A stretch of DNA of 64,000 bases, taken from positions 2,560,001 through 2,624,000 of the forward strand of contig OY762897.2 of the NCBI GenBank assembly GCA_963666515.2, given 5' to 3'. This document shows, piece after piece, positions 50,288 to 61,723 of the stretch; positions within the stretch are counted from its first letter, which is position 1; the number at the start of each line of letters is the position of its first letter. The notes under the pieces are model-generated. The model searched no databases. It worked only from the letters and a program-made list of their open reading frames with translations, and was not told the DNA's origin. Made by a program: the position numbers and the translations under genes. This stretch comes from Candidatus Binatia bacterium (GTDB taxonomy: Bacteria; Desulfobacterota; Binatia; UBA9968; JAJDTQ01).

Positions 50288-50448
50288 TCCCCCCAGTCTT
50301 CCTCTTCCGAGGGCGCCTCTTCCACCTCCGGCGGATCGAGGCTGGTGACCTCCAGCTCGGTGCCGCAGTCGGCGCAGGCGATCAGCTCGCCCTCCACCGC
50401 GTCATCCTCCAACTCGAATTCCGCTCCGCAAACCGGACATTCAACCAT
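50284..50448 (-). CDS. lysW: amino-group carrier protein LysW (absent from ORF track)
   Basis: [54 protein letters not shown]: two CxxC zinc motifs, acidic, C-terminal EDWGE; GAGGAGG RBS; ATGA overlap with lysX. Confidence 0.95.
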   Translation of the reverse strand: MVECPVCGAEFELEDDAVEGELIACADCGTELEVTSLDPPEVEEAPSEEEDWGE

Positions 50449-50477
50449 CGGCGGATACCTCCTCGTGATCGTTCAGT

Positions 50478-50500
50478 GGGCGACCGCGGGTCGCCCCTAC
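50478..50500 (-). repeat. REP-like palindrome identical to 43295-43317
   Basis: Reverse complement reads GTAGGGGCGACCCGCGGTCGCCC. Confidence 0.7.
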
Positions 50501-50533
50501 GCCTGCATCTTCGCCGACTCTTTGTGAGACAGT

Positions 50534-51913
50534 TTACGGCAGCACGGCCTTCGCGACCGTGGTGATGGCGTTCCGCAAGATTGCAACGATCTCGTCGATC
50601 TGCTCTTTCGTGATTACCAGCGGCGGGCACACGGCCAGCGCGTGGGTGCCGCACACCCGCAGCAAGAGGCCGTTGGCGAGGCACTCGTCGTAGACCTGCC
50701 GGGGAACCTGCTGCTCCACCGCGAAGGACTCACGGGTCTGCTTGTCCTTCACCATCTCCACCGCGGCGATGAGTCCCTTGCCGCGCACCTGGCCCACCAT
50801 GGGCAGTTCCGACAGCGCCGCCAGCCGCTGCTGCATGTAGGCGCCCACCTCCGCCGCCCGCTCCACCAGCCGCTCCCGCTCGATGATGTCGAGGTTGGCC
50901 AGCGCCGCGGCGCACACCACCGGATGTCCGGTGTAGGTGTAGCCGTGGTAGAACGCGTCGTCGGCCTTGGCCAGCAGCGTCTGGAATATCTCTTCCCGGA
51001 ACAGCATGGCGCCCATCGGCAGGTAGCCGCTGGTGATGCCCTTGGCGGTGACCAGCACGTCCGGCGTGACGCCCTCGCCCGCGCACGCGAACAGGCTGCC
51101 GGTGCGCCCGAAACCGGTGATCACCTCGTCGCAGACCATCAGGATACCGTGCCGGTCGCAGATCTCCCGAATCCTGGCGAGCCAGCCCTCCGGCGGCACG
51201 ATGACGCCGCCCACCCCTTGCACGGGCTCGGCCACGAAAGCCGCGATGGCGTCCGCGCCCTCCCGCTCCACCAAGCGCTCCAGCTCGTCGGCGCAGGCAA
51301 GCCCACAGTCCGGCCAGATCTTGCCCAGCTCGCAGCGGTAGCAATGAGGCCGGGGCATGTGGTGCACGCCGGGCAGGCCCGGCTCCATCTGCCGGTTGAA
51401 CAGCGGGATGCCGGTGAGCATGGCGGCGCCGCTGGAGGAGCCGTGATAGCCCTGGTTCAGAGTGACGAACTGCGTGCGCCCGGGCTGGCCCTTGGCTTTC
51501 CAGTAGGACCGCACCAGCCGGATCATGCTCTCGTTGGTCTCCGAACCGCCGGAGGTGAACACCACCCGGGTCAGCCCTTCGGGCGCCATCTCGGCGAGCC
51601 TCGACGCCAGCCGGACGGTGGGCTCGGAGGTGGGCCCGATGAGCGTGGGCGCGTAGGCCAGGCGGTCCATCTGCTCCGCCACCGCGCGGCTGATCTCCTT
51701 CCGGCCGTGACCCACATGGACGTTCCAGAGGGTCGAGAGGCCGTCGATGTAGCGCTTGCCGAGGGAGTCCCAGAAATAGACCCCCTCCGCCCTGACGAAA
51801 ACCGGCAACCCGTCCTTCTGATGCTTCGACAGCGGCACGAAGCCGTGGACCAGGTGGTCCCGGTCGGCACGGCTCATGGCCGCGGCGCGTTCGAGGTCGA
51901 GAGGTTCGCTCAC
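50534..51913 (-). CDS. class III (omega-amino acid/polyamine-type) aminotransferase
   Basis: [45 protein letters not shown]; GTG at 51913 overlaps the upstream stop. Confidence 0.88.
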   Translation of the reverse strand: MSEPLDLERAAAMSRADRDHLVHGFVPLSKHQKDGLPVFVRAEGVYFWDSLGKRYIDGLSTLWNVHVGHGRKEISRAVAEQMDRLAYAPTLIGPTSEPTVRLASRLAEMAPEGLTRVVFTSGGSETNESMIRLVRSYWKAKGQPGRTQFVTLNQGYHGSSSGAAMLTGIPLFNRQMEPGLPGVHHMPRPHCYRCELGKIWPDCGLACADELERLVEREGADAIAAFVAEPVQGVGGVIVPPEGWLARIREICDRHGILMVCDEVITGFGRTGSLFACAGEGVTPDVLVTAKGITSGYLPMGAMLFREEIFQTLLAKADDAFYHGYTYTGHPVVCAAALANLDIIERERLVERAAEVGAYMQQRLAALSELPMVGQVRGKGLIAAVEMVKDKQTRESFAVEQQVPRQVYDECLANGLLLRVCGTHALAVCPPLVITKEQIDEIVAILRNAITTVAKAVLP

Positions 51914-52953
51914 AGTCCGTAGTAGCGCTTGGGGTTGTCGCACAGGATCTTCTTGCGCAGGCCGGGGCTCACGTCCTCGCGGGCGAAGAAGTCCGGCAGA
52001 TCGTGGAAGAAGTCCGCGCGCGCCCGCTCGTGGGGGTAGTCCGAGGCCCACAGCACCTGGTCGCCGCCGAGCCGCTCCAGCACGTAGGGCAGCGCCTTCT
52101 CGTCCACCTCGCAGGTGAAGAAGATGTTGCCGCCGCGGATGATGTCGCTGGGGCGCTGCTTCACCGCCAGGGCGCGGCCGCGCCGCTCCCAGTTCTCGTC
52201 CAGCGCGTCCATCATGAACGGCACCCAGCCGGTGCCGCACTCCAGGTAGGCCACACGCAGGTCGGGAAAGCGGTCGTACACGCCGGCGTTGATCATGCTC
52301 ATGATCTGCACCATCTGCGGCATGGCGTGCTCCAGCGGGCGCGCCTCCGCCAGACTGTCGAACATGTCCAGCAGGCCGGAGGCCGGGCCGCCGTGCACCG
52401 CCAGAGGACAGTCCAGCCGTTGGGCTTCCGCGTAGAGGGGATCGAAGCGGCTGCCTCCGAGGCCCTCCTGCGGCGCCATCACCGACGGGATCACGCCCGC
52501 CACCATGCCCAGATCCTCCACGCAACGGCGCAACTCCGCCACCGCGGCGTCGATGTCCTGCACCGGCAGCAGCGCCACGCCCTTGAGCCGGTCCGACTGG
52601 CGCCCGAAGCAATCGTACAGCCAGTCGTTGTAGGCCTGGGCTACGGCCACGGCCCAGCCCTTGTTGCGGATCTGTCCGTGAAACAGCGCGTTGCTGGGAT
52701 AGAGGATGGTCTGGTCGATCTTCGACTCGTCGAGGAAGCTCAACCAGTTGGCCGCGTCCGGCACCTCGGCCTTGTGGCGCGACGACATGCCGCGCATCCA
52801 GCCGTCGGTCAACGGAAAGAAATAGTACTCGCGCGTCCAGTCCTTCTCGTTCCAGGGAGCCGGCAGATAGTGGCGCAGGTCCTTGTCCTGATCCACCACG
52901 TGGCCGTCGGCGTCGATGATATCGTGCTGCTGCTCCATCGGAAACTGATCCAT
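51910..52953 (-). CDS. amidohydrolase family protein (Amidohydro_2)
   Basis: DADGH, AYNDWL, AVH, FPDLRVAYLECG, WASDYPH. Confidence 0.87.
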   Translation of the reverse strand: MDQFPMEQQHDIIDADGHVVDQDKDLRHYLPAPWNEKDWTREYYFFPLTDGWMRGMSSRHKAEVPDAANWLSFLDESKIDQTILYPSNALFHGQIRNKGWAVAVAQAYNDWLYDCFGRQSDRLKGVALLPVQDIDAAVAELRRCVEDLGMVAGVIPSVMAPQEGLGGSRFDPLYAEAQRLDCPLAVHGGPASGLLDMFDSLAEARPLEHAMPQMVQIMSMINAGVYDRFPDLRVAYLECGTGWVPFMMDALDENWERRGRALAVKQRPSDIIRGGNIFFTCEVDEKALPYVLERLGGDQVLWASDYPHERARADFFHDLPDFFAREDVSPGLRKKILCDNPKRYYGL

Positions 52954-53006
52954 GGGAGACCTCCGTTAACGGAATCCGTATTGGCGCCGGGGCGAGCTGC
53001 CGCGCC

Positions 53007-54476
53007 TCAGCGGATCATCAACCGGCCGGACTGGCCGGAGTAGTTGATGAAGACGGTCTTCAACTCGGTGAAGAAGTTGACGCCCTCCTCGGACATCTCG
53101 CGCTCGCCCACGCCGGTGGCCTTGATGCCGCCAAAGGGGAGCTGGGCCTCGCCGCCGATGGTGGGCTCGTTCACGTGCACCATGCCCACTTCCACCTCCT
53201 CCACGAAGCGCATGACCTTGTCCACGTCCTGGGTGAAGATGGAGGTGGTGAGGCCGAAGTCCACCGAGTTGGCGAACCGGATGGCCTCTTCCAGGTCCGA
53301 GGCCGCGGCCACCGACAGCACCGGGCCGAAGATCTCCTCGCGGAAGATGCGCATGTCCGGGGTGACGTCGTCAAACACCGTGGGCTCGACGTAGTAGCCG
53401 TGGTCCAGCCCCGCGGGCGCGTTGCCGCCCGTCACCAGCCGGGCGCCCTCCTGCTTGCCGATCTCGATGTACTCCAGGTCGGTCTTCCACTGGCCCTCGT
53501 CCACCGCCGGCCCCATGTCCACGTCGGCATCGAGGCCCGAGCCCACGCGGATCTTCCTGGCGTGCTCCTCCAGCCGGGCCACCAGCTCGCCCCGGGTGTC
53601 GCCGATGGCGATGACCCGGGAGGTGGCGGTGCAGCGCTGGCCGGTGGAGCCGAAGGCGCCGTCGCGGATGGCCACCGCGGCCTTGTCGAGATCGCAGTCG
53701 GGCATGACGATGACCGCGTTCTTGCCGCCCATCTCGCAGGTGACCTTGGCGCCGCGGGAGGCGGCCTTGACGTAGAGGTCGCTGCCGATCTCGTTGGAGC
53801 CGGTGAACGACACCACCGGGATGCGGCGGGAGTTGACGATGGTCTCGCCCACGTCGCCCCCGGACCCCACCACCACGTTGAACACACCCTTGGGAACGCC
53901 GGCCTCCTCGTAGACCTCCGCCAGGAGGCCGGCGGTGGCCGGGGTCAGGGACGCGGGCTTGAGCAGCACCGCGTTGCCCGCCACCAGCGCCGGCGCCGAC
54001 TTCCACACCGGGATCGCCCAGGGGAAGTTCCACGGCGCGATGAGCCCCACCACGCCCATGGGCTGGCGGATGGTGTAGGTGAAGGTGTCGCGCGCCTCGG
54101 AAGGGAGAGTCTTGCCGCCGAGCCGGTAGCCCGCGCCGGCGTTGTACTCCAGCAGCGAGATCCCCTTGAGCACCTCGCCCCGGGCCTCCTTGAAGATCTT
54201 CCCTTCCTCGCGGGTCATCATCTCCGCGATCTCGTCCACGCGCCGGCGGGCGATGTCCGCGGCCCGCCAGATCACCCGGCCCCGTTCCGGACCCGGCGTC
54301 TTGCGCCAGCCCTGGAACGCCTCCGCGGCCGCGTCGATGGCTCGCTCCGTGTCCTCCGCGCTGGCTATGGGAAACTCGGCGATGACGTCGCGGGTGTCCG
54401 CGGGATTGACGTTGCGGATCTGTCTTTCGGAGTTCGGCTGATACCACTCGCCGTTGATGTACGAACCGGTTTGCAT
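53007..54476 (-). CDS. aldehyde dehydrogenase (KGSADH-like)
   Basis: PWNFP, FTGS, EMGGKN, GQRCTA, EEIFGP; AAGGAG RBS before ATG at 54476. Confidence 0.92.
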   Translation of the reverse strand: MQTGSYINGEWYQPNSERQIRNVNPADTRDVIAEFPIASAEDTERAIDAAAEAFQGWRKTPGPERGRVIWRAADIARRRVDEIAEMMTREEGKIFKEARGEVLKGISLLEYNAGAGYRLGGKTLPSEARDTFTYTIRQPMGVVGLIAPWNFPWAIPVWKSAPALVAGNAVLLKPASLTPATAGLLAEVYEEAGVPKGVFNVVVGSGGDVGETIVNSRRIPVVSFTGSNEIGSDLYVKAASRGAKVTCEMGGKNAVIVMPDCDLDKAAVAIRDGAFGSTGQRCTATSRVIAIGDTRGELVARLEEHARKIRVGSGLDADVDMGPAVDEGQWKTDLEYIEIGKQEGARLVTGGNAPAGLDHGYYVEPTVFDDVTPDMRIFREEIFGPVLSVAAASDLEEAIRFANSVDFGLTTSIFTQDVDKVMRFVEEVEVGMVHVNEPTIGGEAQLPFGGIKATGVGEREMSEEGVNFFTELKTVFINYSGQSGRLMIR

Positions 54477-54554
54477 GGGTTGTCTCCTTGAAGCGGTGCA
54501 ACGCGTCACTATAGGCGTTTGCGGCGCAAAACACCGGTGTTGGGCGTGTGTCGG

Positions 54555-54583
54555 ATTAAAAAAGACATACGGTTCCGTGTCAA
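54555..54583 (-). promoter_or_regulatory. sigma70-type promoter for the ALDH unit
   Basis: TTGACA-17 nt-TTTAAT. Confidence 0.5.
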
Positions 54584-54644
54584 GCGTTCGTCCGCATGTT
54601 GCGGCCCCGGCCCGGCGGCACCTATACTTCCTGTCCGGGAAACC

Positions 54645-55127
54645 ATGAAACACGTCACCATCTACACCGACGGCGCCTGCATCGGGAACCCCGGTCCCGG
54701 TGGCTACGGGACGGTGCTCCTGTACAACACGGCTACGCCTGCCCGTATGGAACTCAGCGGCGGATACCGCAGGACCACCAACAACCGCATGGAGATCATG
54801 GCCGTGCTGGCGGGACTGCGATCCCTCAAGGAACCGTGCCGCGTGACCGTCTACAGCGACTCCCGCTACGTGGTGGACGCCATGTCCAAGGGATGGGCCG
54901 AGAGCTGGCGCGCCAAGGGTTGGAAAAAGGCCAACAAGGCTCCCGCCCTGAACCCCGACCTATGGGCCGAACTGCTGGAGCTGTCGGAGGAGCACCAGGT
55001 GGAGTACCGCTGGGTCAAGGGCCACGCGGGCGACCCGGAGAACGAGCGCTGCGACGAGCTGGCGGTGGCCGCGGCGCGCGGTGCGGACTTGGCGCGCGAC
55101 GAGGTCTACGAGAGGAATCATCCCTGA
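54645..55127 (+). CDS. rnhA: ribonuclease HI
   Basis: IYTDGAC.GNPGPGG, TTNNRME, SDSRY, WVKGHAG..ENERCD. Confidence 0.96.
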   Translation: MKHVTIYTDGACIGNPGPGGYGTVLLYNTATPARMELSGGYRRTTNNRMEIMAVLAGLRSLKEPCRVTVYSDSRYVVDAMSKGWAESWRAKGWKKANKAPALNPDLWAELLELSEEHQVEYRWVKGHAGDPENERCDELAVAAARGADLARDEVYERNHP

Positions 55128-55203
55128 CACTGGAGTCCCGGGCGCTACTACGGCATCCTGTTCCCCTTGAAATCTGTGCGGCCGTCGCTCATATTTCAAG
55201 TCG

Positions 55204-56364
55204 ATGGAAATCACACGGGAACGCCACATCCGGCGTGTCGAACTTCTGCTGAACGAGTTTCCGGTGGTCGCGCTGCTGGGCGCCCGACAAGTCGGCAAGT
55301 CCACGCTCGCCCAGCAACTCGTCCAGGCCCGCCCCGGGCCATCGGCGTGGTTCGACCTGGAAAACCCCGTGGACCTCACTCGCCTGGCCGATCCAGGCCT
55401 GGAGTTGCGGCCCCTCCAGGGTCTCGTGGTCCTCGACGAAATTCAACGGCTCCCGGAGGTGTTTCCGCTCCTGCGCGTGCTGGCGGACCGGCCTGGAACA
55501 CCGGCGCGATTCCTCGTGCTGGGGAGCGCCTCACCCGCGCTGCTCCGCCAGACATCCGAGACCCTGGCCGGACGGGTAGCCTTCCACCAACTGGACGGAT
55601 TCGGACTCGACGAGGTGGACGACCCGGAGCGGCTGTGGTTGCGCGGCGGGTTCCCGCGTTCCTATCTCGCTCCGTCAGTCCCCGCCAGCCGCCGCTGGCG
55701 CGACGGGTTCATCCAGACGTTCCTGGCCAGGGACGTGCCGGAACTCGGCAACCTGATTCCTTCGACGACGCTGCACCGCTTCTGGACGATGCTGGCCCAC
55801 TGGCACGGCCGGTTGTGGAACGGCGCGGAGCTGGGCCGAGCCTTCGGTGTTTCCCACACCACGGTCCGGCGCTACCTGGATCTCCTCACCTCGGTGTTCA
55901 TGGTCCGCCAGTTGCAACCCTGGCACGAAAACATCGCCAAGCGTCAGGTACGCTCGCCCAAGGTCTTCATCAACGACGCGGGCCTGCTTCACGCATTGCT
56001 GGGCCTGACGACGCGCGAGGCCGTGGTCTCGCACCCCGTCGTCGGACCGTCGTGGGAAGGCTTCGTAGTCCAGCAGGTCATTCACCTGCTGGGCGCCCGT
56101 CCCGAGCAGTGCTACCACTGGTCGACCCACGCTGGTGCAGAACTCGATCTGCTGATATTGGACGGCAACCGACGTTACGGCTTCGAAGTAAAGCGGGCCG
56201 AAGCCCCCCGGCTGACGGCGTCCATGCACGTTGCCTTCGAGACGCTACGCCTGGAGCGGCTGGACGTGGTGCACGCCGGCACCCAAAGCTATCGGATGGC
56301 GCCTGGCATCAGAGCGCTGCCGGCCGCCGACCTGAACGCAACACTCAACCCCTTGCCGGAATGA
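55204..56364 (+). CDS. AAA_14 ATPase with DUF4143 domain
   Basis: GARQVGKST, LDEIQR, LGSAS...SETLAGR, RGGFP, SPKV..D.G, SWEGF, ELDL, FEVK. Confidence 0.88.
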   Translation: MEITRERHIRRVELLLNEFPVVALLGARQVGKSTLAQQLVQARPGPSAWFDLENPVDLTRLADPGLELRPLQGLVVLDEIQRLPEVFPLLRVLADRPGTPARFLVLGSASPALLRQTSETLAGRVAFHQLDGFGLDEVDDPERLWLRGGFPRSYLAPSVPASRRWRDGFIQTFLARDVPELGNLIPSTTLHRFWTMLAHWHGRLWNGAELGRAFGVSHTTVRRYLDLLTSVFMVRQLQPWHENIAKRQVRSPKVFINDAGLLHALLGLTTREAVVSHPVVGPSWEGFVVQQVIHLLGARPEQCYHWSTHAGAELDLLILDGNRRYGFEVKRAEAPRLTASMHVAFETLRLERLDVVHAGTQSYRMAPGIRALPAADLNATLNPLPE

Positions 56365-56404
56365 GGCGCTATGAATAATTCCGCCCGGTGTTAAATTGGA
56401 GTCC

Positions 56405-57463
<1,059 letters not shown>

Positions 57464-57497
57464 CTGTTTTGAGCTAGTTTAACCACGAGGTCTTCAA

Positions 57498-57869
57498 ATG
57501 AATCAGTTCAACATCTTTCAGCACCCCACCCTGGGCTATGAAGCCGTCAAGAAAGGCTGGAGCTGGCCCGCCTTCCTGTTCACCTGGATCTGGGCGTTCG
57601 TCAAACGACTCTGGCTGATTGCGGCGTTGATCCTGGTCCTGTTCTGGATCCTTGTGAACGCGATCCCGGAGGCGTGGGTGGTCGGCAACCTGATCATCTC
57701 CATCGTGATGGGCATGAAGGGCAACGAACTTCGGGCGAAACGACTGCGCGATTCCGGTTACGAAGAGGTGGCAACCGTGGAGGCGAGGACACCCGACGCT
57801 GCACTGGCGGCGCATCTCGCTTCAGGCGGAAACGAAGACCCGATTCCGCCGGAAGGCATTGTGAGGTAA
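57498..57869 (+). CDS. DUF2628-like membrane protein
   Basis: EAVKKGWSWPAFLFTWIWAFVKRLW, GMKGNELR...GY. Confidence 0.7.
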   Translation: MNQFNIFQHPTLGYEAVKKGWSWPAFLFTWIWAFVKRLWLIAALILVLFWILVNAIPEAWVVGNLIISIVMGMKGNELRAKRLRDSGYEEVATVEARTPDAALAAHLASGGNEDPIPPEGIVR

Positions 57870-57983
57870 CTGTTACCGTGCCGTACTCGGCCCATTTCGA
57901 ACACGTTTGCGGAAGCGTCGCGCAGGAACTCCAGTCAGTCGAGGAGGTCCTGTCTCAGTTGGAAACGACCCCAGAGAAGTCGA

Positions 57984-58253
57984 ATGCCTGAGATCTGCCG
58001 ATTTTTCGGCATCATCATACGCATGTACGTCGAGCCTCTCGGTATTCACAACCGTCCCCATTTCCACGCCTACCACCAGGATGCCGTCGCTGTGTACGCC
58101 ATTGACACCATTGAGTTGATTGCAGGACAATTGCCAAGGCGACAGCAGCGTCTGGTCGAGGCTTGGGCGGAATTGCATCACGAGGAATTGCTGACCGACT
58201 GGCGACGATTGCAATCAGGGCGGATGCTCCTGAAAATAGACCCTCTTCGATGA
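57984..58253 (+). CDS. DUF4160 domain protein (putative toxin)
   Basis: MPEICRFFGIIIRMY...HNRPHFH, G.LP.RQ.RLV.AWAELH.EEL..DW, IDPL. Confidence 0.85.
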   Translation: MPEICRFFGIIIRMYVEPLGIHNRPHFHAYHQDAVAVYAIDTIELIAGQLPRRQQRLVEAWAELHHEELLTDWRRLQSGRMLLKIDPLR

Positions 58254-58264
58254 GGGAGGCGCCG

Positions 58265-58567
58265 ATGAGCCACCCCATCTATCGTGTGATTTCCTTTGAA
58301 GTTGAAGCGCCCTACACGCTTCGCATTCGTTTCGACGACAAGACGGAACAGGTCATAGACTTCCAGGCCGTATTGGAGGGCGAACTGTTCGGTCCCCTTC
58401 GTGATCCGTCCCTTTTCAATCAAGTCCGCATCGATCCGGAAGTCCATACCCTGATCTGGCCGAACGGTGCCGATTTCGATCCCGCCACCCTGCACGACTG
58501 GCCTATCCAACTTCCGGAACTGAAAAAATTGGTCGATCGTTGGTCGCCCGCGAGTGCAGGGCATTGA
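58265..58567 (+). CDS. DUF2442 domain protein (putative antitoxin)
   Basis: Y.LRIRFDD, G.LFGPLRD..LF.QV, WPNGADFDP..L; GGGAGG RBS. Confidence 0.85.
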   Translation: MSHPIYRVISFEVEAPYTLRIRFDDKTEQVIDFQAVLEGELFGPLRDPSLFNQVRIDPEVHTLIWPNGADFDPATLHDWPIQLPELKKLVDRWSPASAGH

Positions 58568-58695
58568 CGCTCCGCTACGTCCGTTCCGGTGAGTCACCCG
58601 GAACAACTCGATGACGGCTGTGGTCACACCTACCATCGATTCCCTCAATCTTCAGCCGCCGTTGGTTACGATTGTATATATTAACAATGCCTTTT

Positions 58696-58729
58696 CCGTT
58701 CGTCCTGAGCGAAGCGAAGTCGAAGGACG
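58696..58729 (+). repeat. REP-like element of the CCGTTCGTCCTGAGC...GTCGAAGGACG type
   Basis: CGTCCT...AGGACG stem; single copy in this window. Confidence 0.45.
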
Positions 58730-58733
58730 CCGT

Positions 58734-59858
58734 CTAAAACTGTCGCAACTTGGAAATCGTGCTCGTAAGCCGCTCCTCCAGCAGGTGGACATGCCGCACC
58801 GCTTCCGTCGGGTCAATTTCCCATGCCCGGAGCGTGCCCTTGCGTACTTCCCCGTGAAATATGTCCTTGTGCGATTCGAACCAGCCGTGCATCTCATCAA
58901 CGACGGCCTTGGCTTCCAGTGGAAAGTCCGAGTGGGCAGTGCCGAACGCGAAACCTTTAAGGCCGTTCCAATAGGTCTGCTCCATCGACGGATACAGCCA
59001 AGCGACGGTAACTGGCGATGTATGGAATGAGCAAGATACTCGAATCGACACCCCGGAGTCTCCCCGTTCAATTCTGGCACCGGCTTTTTCGGCCGCGGTT
59101 ATGAGACGCCGGGCGACCGAGCTATCCGCAAAACATCCGTAGAACTCCTCAAGTGTCAGTTTGGTTCGTTTACGCGCCGTGCCACCCGTCGGCTTCGCGA
59201 CGGTGCGTCCAATCACCTGAGGCACCAGTGTCGTGAGCGACGCACCCCGGAATTGCTTGATCTCCACCGCCAGCACTTCGATGTTGTCCTTTGTCTGCTC
59301 ATTCAGGAACTCCACTACCCGCGCAAGCTCGTCGGGAATGCGGTCGGCAACGAACAACAGCCGCAGCCGTCGAGCGGCAAGATTCGTCGCCACCCGTTCC
59401 CAAAAAGCATCGGCGTCGACCTCGTCACTCTCTTGGGGTTGCAGCAACTCCACCAGCTTGCCTTCAGCATCGCCGCCGTCTTCGAAGGTCTGCCGCAACT
59501 CGTCCGTGGTCCAAGTCCGCGAGGCATGGGCCGCGTATTCCAGCAACTGGCCTACTATGGTGCGGCGGATTTCCGTATTGGTTCCCCGTTTCACCTCTAC
59601 GAGGGTGGGGATGGCGTCCTGGTCGACCAGAAGATGGTCGACCGACCAGCGCGCCCCGGCGTCGACCGTGTCCGGGATACTCTTCTCGCGGGTGATGAGA
59701 ATCCAGCGGCGAGGGTCGCCCGGTCGCATCTGCTCACCGTCCAGCAACTCCGGGTGATCGGCGACCAGTCTTTGGAGCAAGTCCTCCGTATCGAACGGTT
59801 CTTCCGCCAAGGGATGAATCTCCCCTTTATCGTTCATCACGTAGATACGTTCAGCCAT
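58734..59858 (-). CDS. NucS-like PD-(D/E)xK nuclease-domain protein
   Basis: E..LQ.L.A.HP.LL, RE, VDHLL.D...PTLVEVKR, R.IVGQ.LEYAA. Confidence 0.65.
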   Translation of the reverse strand: MAERIYVMNDKGEIHPLAEEPFDTEDLLQRLVADHPELLDGEQMRPGDPRRWILITREKSIPDTVDAGARWSVDHLLVDQDAIPTLVEVKRGTNTEIRRTIVGQLLEYAAHASRTWTTDELRQTFEDGGDAEGKLVELLQPQESDEVDADAFWERVATNLAARRLRLLFVADRIPDELARVVEFLNEQTKDNIEVLAVEIKQFRGASLTTLVPQVIGRTVAKPTGGTARKRTKLTLEEFYGCFADSSVARRLITAAEKAGARIERGDSGVSIRVSCSFHTSPVTVAWLYPSMEQTYWNGLKGFAFGTAHSDFPLEAKAVVDEMHGWFESHKDIFHGEVRKGTLRAWEIDPTEAVRHVHLLEERLTSTISKLRQF

Positions 59859-59869
59859 ACTGAGGCCCC

Positions 59870-61174
59870 TCACCGGATCATCGTATTCGGCAGGAACAGC
59901 GCGATCTCCGGGAACGCCACCAGGATGGCCAGGCAGACGGCCATGGCGATCCAGAAGGGGAAGATGCCGGCGAAGATCCGGCTCATGGGGACGTCCTCGG
60001 CGATGCCCTTGACCACGAAGACGTTGACGCCCACCGGCGGGCTGATGAGGCCCATCTCCAGCACGATGACCATGACCACGCCGAACCAGATGGGGTCGTA
60101 GCCCAGGGTGAGGATGATGGGATGCACGATGGGGAGGGTCAGCACCAGCATGGCGAAGCCCTCCAGGAACATGCCGAGCACGATATAGGCGGCCAGCAGG
60201 ATGCCGAGCACGGCGAGCCGGGGCAGCTCCATGCCCACCAGCAGCTCGGCGAGGTCCGAGGGGATGTGGGTGAGCGCCAGGAACGGGTTGAAGATGTGGG
60301 CGCCCACCAGGATGAGGAAGACCAGCGCGGTGGTGCGCGTGCTCTCCAGCGCCAGCGACGACAACGACGACACCGTCAGGCGGCCCCGCACCAGCGCCAG
60401 CAGGGCGGCCAGGAAGGCGCCCACGCCGGCGGCCTCGGTGGGGGTGAACAGGCCGGCGTAGATGCCGCCGATGGTGACCGTGACCACGCCGATCATGGCG
60501 CTGGCCTGGCGGAAGGCGCGGATGCGGTCCATGACGGTGGAGGCCGGCCCCGGCGGCCCCAGGTCCGGGTTGATGCGGGTCTGGATGAAGATCGACAGGA
60601 TGAACAGCGCAGTCAGCAATATCCCCGGGAAGAACCCGGCCAGGAACAGGCGGCCGATGGATTCCTCGGTGAGGATGGCGTAGATCACGAAGCCCGTGCT
60701 GGGCGGGATCAGGATGCCCAGGGTGCCGCCGGCGGCGATGGCGCCGGTGGACAGGCGCGAGTCGTAGCGGTAGGTGCGCATCTCCGGCAGCGCCACCTTG
60801 CCCATGGTGACGGCCGCGGCCACCGATGAGCCCGAGAGCGCCGCGAACCCGGCGCAGGCGGCGATGGTGGCGGAGGCCAGCCCGCCGCGCCAGTGCCCGA
60901 ACCAGGCGTAGGCCGCGGCGTAGAGGTCGCGGCTCATGCCGGAAACCGTGGCGAAGTTCCCCATCAGCACGAACAGCGGGATGACGATCAACTCGTAGTT
61001 GGTGGAGATGACGAAGGGCTCGCTGCCCAGCACCGCCAGGGCCGGCCCCCAGCCGTTGAGGACCCCGAACCCCAGCACGCCCACGAGCATCATGGCGATG
61101 CCCACGGGCATCCGCAGCGCCAGGAGCACGAACAGCCCCGCCAATCCCAGAAGACCCGCGGCGGTGGGACTCAT
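59870..61174 (-). CDS. dctM: TRAP transporter large permease
   Basis: IPLFVLMG, SGSSVA, AGGTLGILIPPS, TPTEAA, ISPPVGVN. Confidence 0.93.
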   Translation of the reverse strand: MSPTAAGLLGLAGLFVLLALRMPVGIAMMLVGVLGFGVLNGWGPALAVLGSEPFVISTNYELIVIPLFVLMGNFATVSGMSRDLYAAAYAWFGHWRGGLASATIAACAGFAALSGSSVAAAVTMGKVALPEMRTYRYDSRLSTGAIAAGGTLGILIPPSTGFVIYAILTEESIGRLFLAGFFPGILLTALFILSIFIQTRINPDLGPPGPASTVMDRIRAFRQASAMIGVVTVTIGGIYAGLFTPTEAAGVGAFLAALLALVRGRLTVSSLSSLALESTRTTALVFLILVGAHIFNPFLALTHIPSDLAELLVGMELPRLAVLGILLAAYIVLGMFLEGFAMLVLTLPIVHPIILTLGYDPIWFGVVMVIVLEMGLISPPVGVNVFVVKGIAEDVPMSRIFAGIFPFWIAMAVCLAILVAFPEIALFLPNTMIR

Positions 61175-61698
61175 TCAGCCTTCTCTCGGGGAGCCTGAGG
61201 CGGCCGGAAGATGCCGGAGGCCGCCTGGAGCAGCAGCACCAGGGCGAACAGCAGCCAGCCGAAGCTCATCAGGAACATGAAGGGATGGTGGGCGATCTCC
61301 ACGAGGTTGCTGGCCTCGCCGTACTCCAGGGCGTCGAACGCCTGGTGCATGGCCTGCCACGCGACGATGGCGAACAGCACCGCGCCCAGGAGCCGCATGA
61401 GGGTGTCGGTGTAGCGAAGCCGGGCCTCCCTCACCACCGTGCTGATGAGGTCCACGGCCACGTGGCCGCCGGTCCAGCCGCAGTAGGGGATCCCCAGGAA
61501 CACCACCACGGCCAGACTCAGCTCGGAGATGTCCTGTGCGCCCAGGATGGGCGCGTTGAAGACGTAGCGCATCACCACCGCCACCACCGTCAGCAGCATC
61601 AGCCACAGCAACGCGGCGCCGGCCGCGTAGGCCAGGAACCGGGTGGTCCAGTCGGCCACCGCGGTCCCCGGCAACGCGGCGCGCGATTCGTCAGCCAT
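61171..61698 (-). CDS. dctQ: TRAP transporter small permease
   Basis: VVMRYVFNAPI.G, GGHVAVD; four TM segments. Confidence 0.9.
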   Translation of the reverse strand: MADESRAALPGTAVADWTTRFLAYAAGAALLWLMLLTVVAVVMRYVFNAPILGAQDISELSLAVVVFLGIPYCGWTGGHVAVDLISTVVREARLRYTDTLMRLLGAVLFAIVAWQAMHQAFDALEYGEASNLVEIAHHPFMFLMSFGWLLFALVLLLQAASGIFRPPQAPREKAE

Positions 61699-61723
61699 GG
61701 ACGCGTGGAGTCAGTCTGCCGCC

